DNA from: a virus
Strand: one strand, 5' to 3'
Virus record (IMG/VR): IMGVR_UViG_3300028654_000014
Location: 18,222 to 82,221 of that record
DNA: 64,000 nucleotides
Each line of letters starts with the position of its first letter. Positions within the stretch are counted from its first letter, which is position 1. Shown in pieces: positions 61,014 through 64,000 of the stretch. The position numbers were made by a program, and so were the translations under genes. Below the pieces are notes generated by a model. The model searched no databases and was not told the origin of the DNA. It was given only the letters and a program-made list of their open reading frames with translations.

Positions 61014-61157
61014 ATGAGTGAAAATCAAAGTCAAAGATGTCCAGATTGTTGTGTATTAATGGATTTTGTAAAAGATAATACATGGTTTAAATGTCCAGTT
61101 TGCGGTTATATGGTAAGGGTTATTAAAAGGATTACAAGGATACTAAATAATGAATGA
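61014..61157 (+). CDS. 47-aa Zn-ribbon protein
   Basis: CPDC...CPVCG; follows a TTAACAACT motif. Confidence 0.6.
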   Translation: MSENQSQRCPDCCVLMDFVKDNTWFKCPVCGYMVRVIKRITRILNNE

Positions 61158-61554
61158 TTTAATCACACTAGATCAATATTCAATGGGAAGAGATAAATTA
61201 TATCCAGATGAATGGACACAAGATGTTCAAAACAATGCTATAAGATTATTAAAGATTGTCAATGCATTTTTAAATGAGTTGGGAATTAAAGAAGCTATTG
61301 TAAGTAGTGGATTTAGACCCGCAGCTATTAATGGTAAAATAACCAACGCGGCAAAGAAATCTTATCATATGATTGGATTAGCAGTTGATATAAAAGATAA
61401 TGATAATCAAGACTTAGCTAATTTAATAGCTTCAAATCCTGATCTTTTAAGAAAATATAATTTATGGTTAGAAAGTCCGGCAGCAACAAAAGGATGGGCA
61501 CACATTGATCTTGGATCTAGAATGGATCGTCCTTCGAGAGTTTTTAATCCTTAA
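61150..61554 (+). CDS. peptidase M15-family endolysin
   Basis: SSGFR, SYHMIGLAVD, WAHID zinc-binding motifs. Confidence 0.85.
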   Translation: MNDLITLDQYSMGRDKLYPDEWTQDVQNNAIRLLKIVNAFLNELGIKEAIVSSGFRPAAINGKITNAAKKSYHMIGLAVDIKDNDNQDLANLIASNPDLLRKYNLWLESPAATKGWAHIDLGSRMDRPSRVFNP

Positions 61555-61918
61555 ACATATTCGCAAATAATTGTATATTTTTTATGCCATTCCTTATTAC
61601 ATTGTTTAATAGTTGAATATAGATAAGGATATATATTATCATTTCCTTCAAATTTAACTAAACACATTTTTGTTCTAAATATATTCACAAACTAAAACAT
61701 CTCCCTTAAAATTAATATTCCATCCTACAATCCATTCTTTGGTGTAATAATAAAATTTAGTATCTCTCACTTTATCATTATCAAATGATTTAATAACATA
61801 TAAATAATTATTCATATTCACAAATAAATCTTTCAGTTTTCATTAAAGGAATAGCTTCTATTGTTTCCAATATATAATAATCAAAGCGTTTAGAAAGAGA
61901 ATAATATATTAATATCAT
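61551..61918 (-). CDS. array of three coupled micro-ORFs (61808-61918, 61675-61815, 61551-61688)
   Basis: Ends ICEYE, VCEYI, ICEYV on the - strand. Confidence 0.7.
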
Positions 61919-62127
61919 TTATTCAACTTACTCTTTCTTAAAACTTCTTCTGTATAATTAACAATCTCTTGTGCCATCTCATTTTTATTATGTTCATTAT
62001 TTTCTTGCAAACAATCATTAATCAAATCAGAAAGATACTTATCTTCTAATGATAATCTAATAGCACTATTAATAACTGTACTATTAACATTCTTTAATTT
62101 ACTTAATTCAGATCTTATATCACTCAT
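61915..62127 (-). CDS. hypothetical protein
   Basis: Coupled ORF. Confidence 0.55.
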   Translation of the reverse strand: MSDIRSELSKLKNVNSTVINSAIRLSLEDKYLSDLINDCLQENNEHNKNEMAQEIVNYTEEVLRKSKLNK

Positions 62128-62321
62128 AAAACCTCATCTTTCTTTGCACGTTTAATTCTCATTACAACTTTTAATCGTTCATGGTTACAAGAAGGACAAA
62201 CTGATCCAGACCAAAGCTTACCAGATTCATCAGTCCATTTATTATCCTTGGACCATTTTCCAGCCAAAGTTCTGGTTTTTAATTGTTTACAAATCTTACA
62301 AAGTCTTAAATTACTTTCCAT
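62124..62321 (-). CDS. Zn-finger protein
   Basis: CKIC...CPSC. Confidence 0.6.
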   Translation of the reverse strand: MESNLRLCKICKQLKTRTLAGKWSKDNKWTDESGKLWSGSVCPSCNHERLKVVMRIKRAKKDEVL

Positions 62322-62493
62322 TTACATCCCATGTTTCATATATAATACCTACATTATCTATCAAATCAAATATTTTAATTCTAGAATCATCACGTTTAAT
62401 ATCTCTTTTATTATAAGAATCATATGATCTTAAAACGAACATATCACCAACTATACTATTGTACGCGCTATTTTTAAAGTAATAAAATATCAC
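62311..62493 (-). CDS. hypothetical small protein
   Basis: GTG start in a GTGA overlap; aromatic N-terminus. Confidence 0.5.
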   Translation of the reverse strand: MIFYYFKNSAYNSIVGDMFVLRSYDSYNKRDIKRDDSRIKIFDLIDNVGIIYETWDVNGK

Positions 62494-62603
62494 ACATACT
62501 CCAAAATAATTAAATCATTACGATCAATGATAAAGAAATCTTCTTTACTTATAAATCCAAATGGTATTTCATTTTCTAAAAGAGTACAATACCAAAGAAT
62601 CAC
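62490..62603 (-). CDS. micro-ORF of the ILEYK family (ends ILEYV)
   Basis: MILWYCTLLENEIPFGFISKEDFFIIDRNDLIILEYV*. Confidence 0.65.
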   Translation of the reverse strand: MILWYCTLLENEIPFGFISKEDFFIIDRNDLIILEYV

Positions 62604-62830
62604 TTCTTTTTCTTCCGTTTCATAATTTTTTTCCCACCACTCACCACCGGCTTAAATCCATAAAAACACTCCAAGCTACAAAACACCCTACCACCTAATA
62701 AATAAAGCTCGGTACCATTGTTAAACTCACTACCAGCTCTCTTATTACATTGAACGCATCCGTTTGACACTTTATTTGTCCTTCTTAAAAGGCCGGAAGT
62801 TTTGATTAAAAGATTCTTTATAAAGTCCAT
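62600..62830 (-). CDS. Zn-finger protein
   Basis: CVQC...FCSLEC. Confidence 0.55.
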   Translation of the reverse strand: MDFIKNLLIKTSGLLRRTNKVSNGCVQCNKRAGSEFNNGTELYLLGGRVFCSLECFYGFKPVVSGGKKIMKRKKKK

Positions 62831-63005
62831 ATCTAAGTCCTGTTGTTGAAATTCCCTTAAATCCTAAGAAAAAGCTATGCCACATAATTTCATTCAAAGG
62901 AGCATGAATATCATGAATACCATGCTCAGCCTTTCTAATCGGGCAATCAAAAAGCCGCCCAGCTACCTTACCCTCTAATCTGTGCAAACCACCTTTTCTC
63001 TTCAC
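62772..63005 (-). CDS. hypothetical protein
   Basis: AAGGTGG RBS before GTG; downstream of a consensus promoter. Confidence 0.5.
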   Translation of the reverse strand: MKRKGGLHRLEGKVAGRLFDCPIRKAEHGIHDIHAPLNEIMWHSFFLGFKGISTTGLRYGLYKESFNQNFRPFKKDK

Positions 63006-63080
63006 TTAACCACCTTAAATCTTTTACGTCTCTCTTGATATTTTCGTTCTTTAGTATTATTAATAAGATTTCTTATAAAG

Positions 63081-63109
63081 ATTATACCTCCTGTTACAAG
63101 AATTGTCAA
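63081..63109 (-). promoter_or_regulatory. consensus sigma70 promoter
   Basis: - strand TTGACA-17 bp-TATAAT. Confidence 0.85.
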
Positions 63110-63812
63110 TATAAAAATAAAGATAATCGACAAAGCAATATAAGATGTTACAATATTACCGTTCATTCAAATATTCCCTAGTCAAACGATTGTTACAATA
63201 TTTAATGTCATAAACCTTACCATCAGGGTAAAACTCAAGCATAAACTTATCAGCATCATGAATGGTATCAAAAACACCCACTACAAGCTCCTTATAGCCC
63301 CGTGACGTTAACTTTACATAACAAAGAACCTTCGGGCTATTGGGTGTTACAAGATCAGTCATCACCTCAATAGAAGGTTTGTATTTAATAGCTTTAAAGG
63401 AGCGATACATTAGGTAGCCCCTGTTACAATATTCATTAGTCCAAAACTCATATCTGGTCCTAAGAAGGTCATTGTCCTTTATTGATTCCAGTATTACAAA
63501 TTGAAGTTTACCCAGGTCATTAAAACAAGGATGGTTACAATATTTAAAGGATTGAAGGTTTCTTGCCAAAGCTGTTACAATATTTGTAGTAAAGCCCACA
63601 TAGATTTTCTGATCAATTTCATTAATAAATCCATAAATGCACATGTCAGGATAGTTCAATATTTCTTGTATCATAAAAATAGTTGTTAAATCTGTTACAA
63701 TATTCCTCAATAGATATTATATGTTGAAAGTCAAAAATAAACATCAATGATTTCAAGGACTTAATATATTTAAAATAGCTGAGATTGACAAATTTGATGA
63801 AACGTGTTACAA
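63092..63812 (+). repeat. co-oriented TGTTACAA(TAT) direct repeats
   Basis: Exact copies at 63092, 63146, 63191, 63345, 63422, 63573, 63693, 63805; variants at 63492 and 63533. Confidence 0.8.
63156..63674 (-). CDS. GIY-YIG-like nuclease
   Basis: CIYGFIN..KIYVGFT..AR; ATG at 63674 follows a TTAACAACT motif. Confidence 0.6.
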   Translation of the reverse strand: MIQEILNYPDMCIYGFINEIDQKIYVGFTTNIVTALARNLQSFKYCNHPCFNDLGKLQFVILESIKDNDLLRTRYEFWTNEYCNRGYLMYRSFKAIKYKPSIEVMTDLVTPNSPKVLCYVKLTSRGYKELVVGVFDTIHDADKFMLEFYPDGKVYDIKYCNNRLTREYLNER

Positions 63813-64000
63813 GAGTTTAAATTACAAAAATGGTAGGGTTGACTATAAAGTATTATTTAACCCCCCAAAGTAACCCCCCCCCCTCCCAGCCACCACAATA
63901 CACTTGGCACACTACTTGCATATATACAATAACCATACCAACATTCTTTCCTTGCAAGAAGCATACCATATATGTATGGCGATTGCTTGGCATGATACTT

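Larger units (their letters stand above)
28864..63689. promoter_or_regulatory. dispersed TTAACAACT motif, putative phage late promoter (10 copies)
   Basis: - strand copies at 28864, 37220, 44539, 46549, 48373, 49544, 56534, 60927, 63679; + strand copy at 60999; each upstream of a co-oriented gene. Confidence 0.75.

Noticed and set aside
1-64000. Stop-codon reassignment explaining the short ORFs
   Set aside because: Long genes translate cleanly with code 11; adjacent micro-ORFs are in different frames joined by overlaps and use both TGA and TAA
1-64000. tRNA/rRNA genes, integrase or transposase
   Set aside because: None recognised by eye; a tRNAscan or Infernal run is needed to exclude them

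Overview
This is an AT-rich, gene-dense segment of a tailed dsDNA phage, probably most of a podovirus-like genome of an uncultured host. The + strand arm (1-22 kb) carries a family-B DNA polymerase split in two by an HNH gene, two glycosyltransferases and a nucleotidyltransferase, AAA+/vWA genes, an exonuclease, a RecA-like ATPase, a dNTP diphosphohydrolase, dUTPase, homing endonucleases and a trypsin-like protease. The - strand arm (22-60.8 kb) is the virion module: terminase, portal, four tandem Gly-rich fibre paralogs, scaffold, three decoration-like paralogs, major capsid protein, tail fibres, tail tube proteins and ejection proteins. The right end holds an M15 endolysin and a repeat-rich, probably terminal or origin region. 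The most striking unexplained signal is about 30 unannotated micro-ORFs (31-67 aa) with unrelated middles but a shared C-terminal [IV][LMC]xY[KEV] motif (DNA consensus ATATTGGAATATRAATGA). They sit in translationally coupled arrays between conserved early genes and were not seen in the virion module. Other highlights are a capsid-adjacent protein with an inserted DUF3494 ice-binding-like domain, a late-promoter-like motif TTAACAACT with nearby IHF-like boxes, shared peptide tags in small late proteins, and a TGTTACAA iteron-like cluster. All family calls come from motif recognition by eye; no database searches were run.
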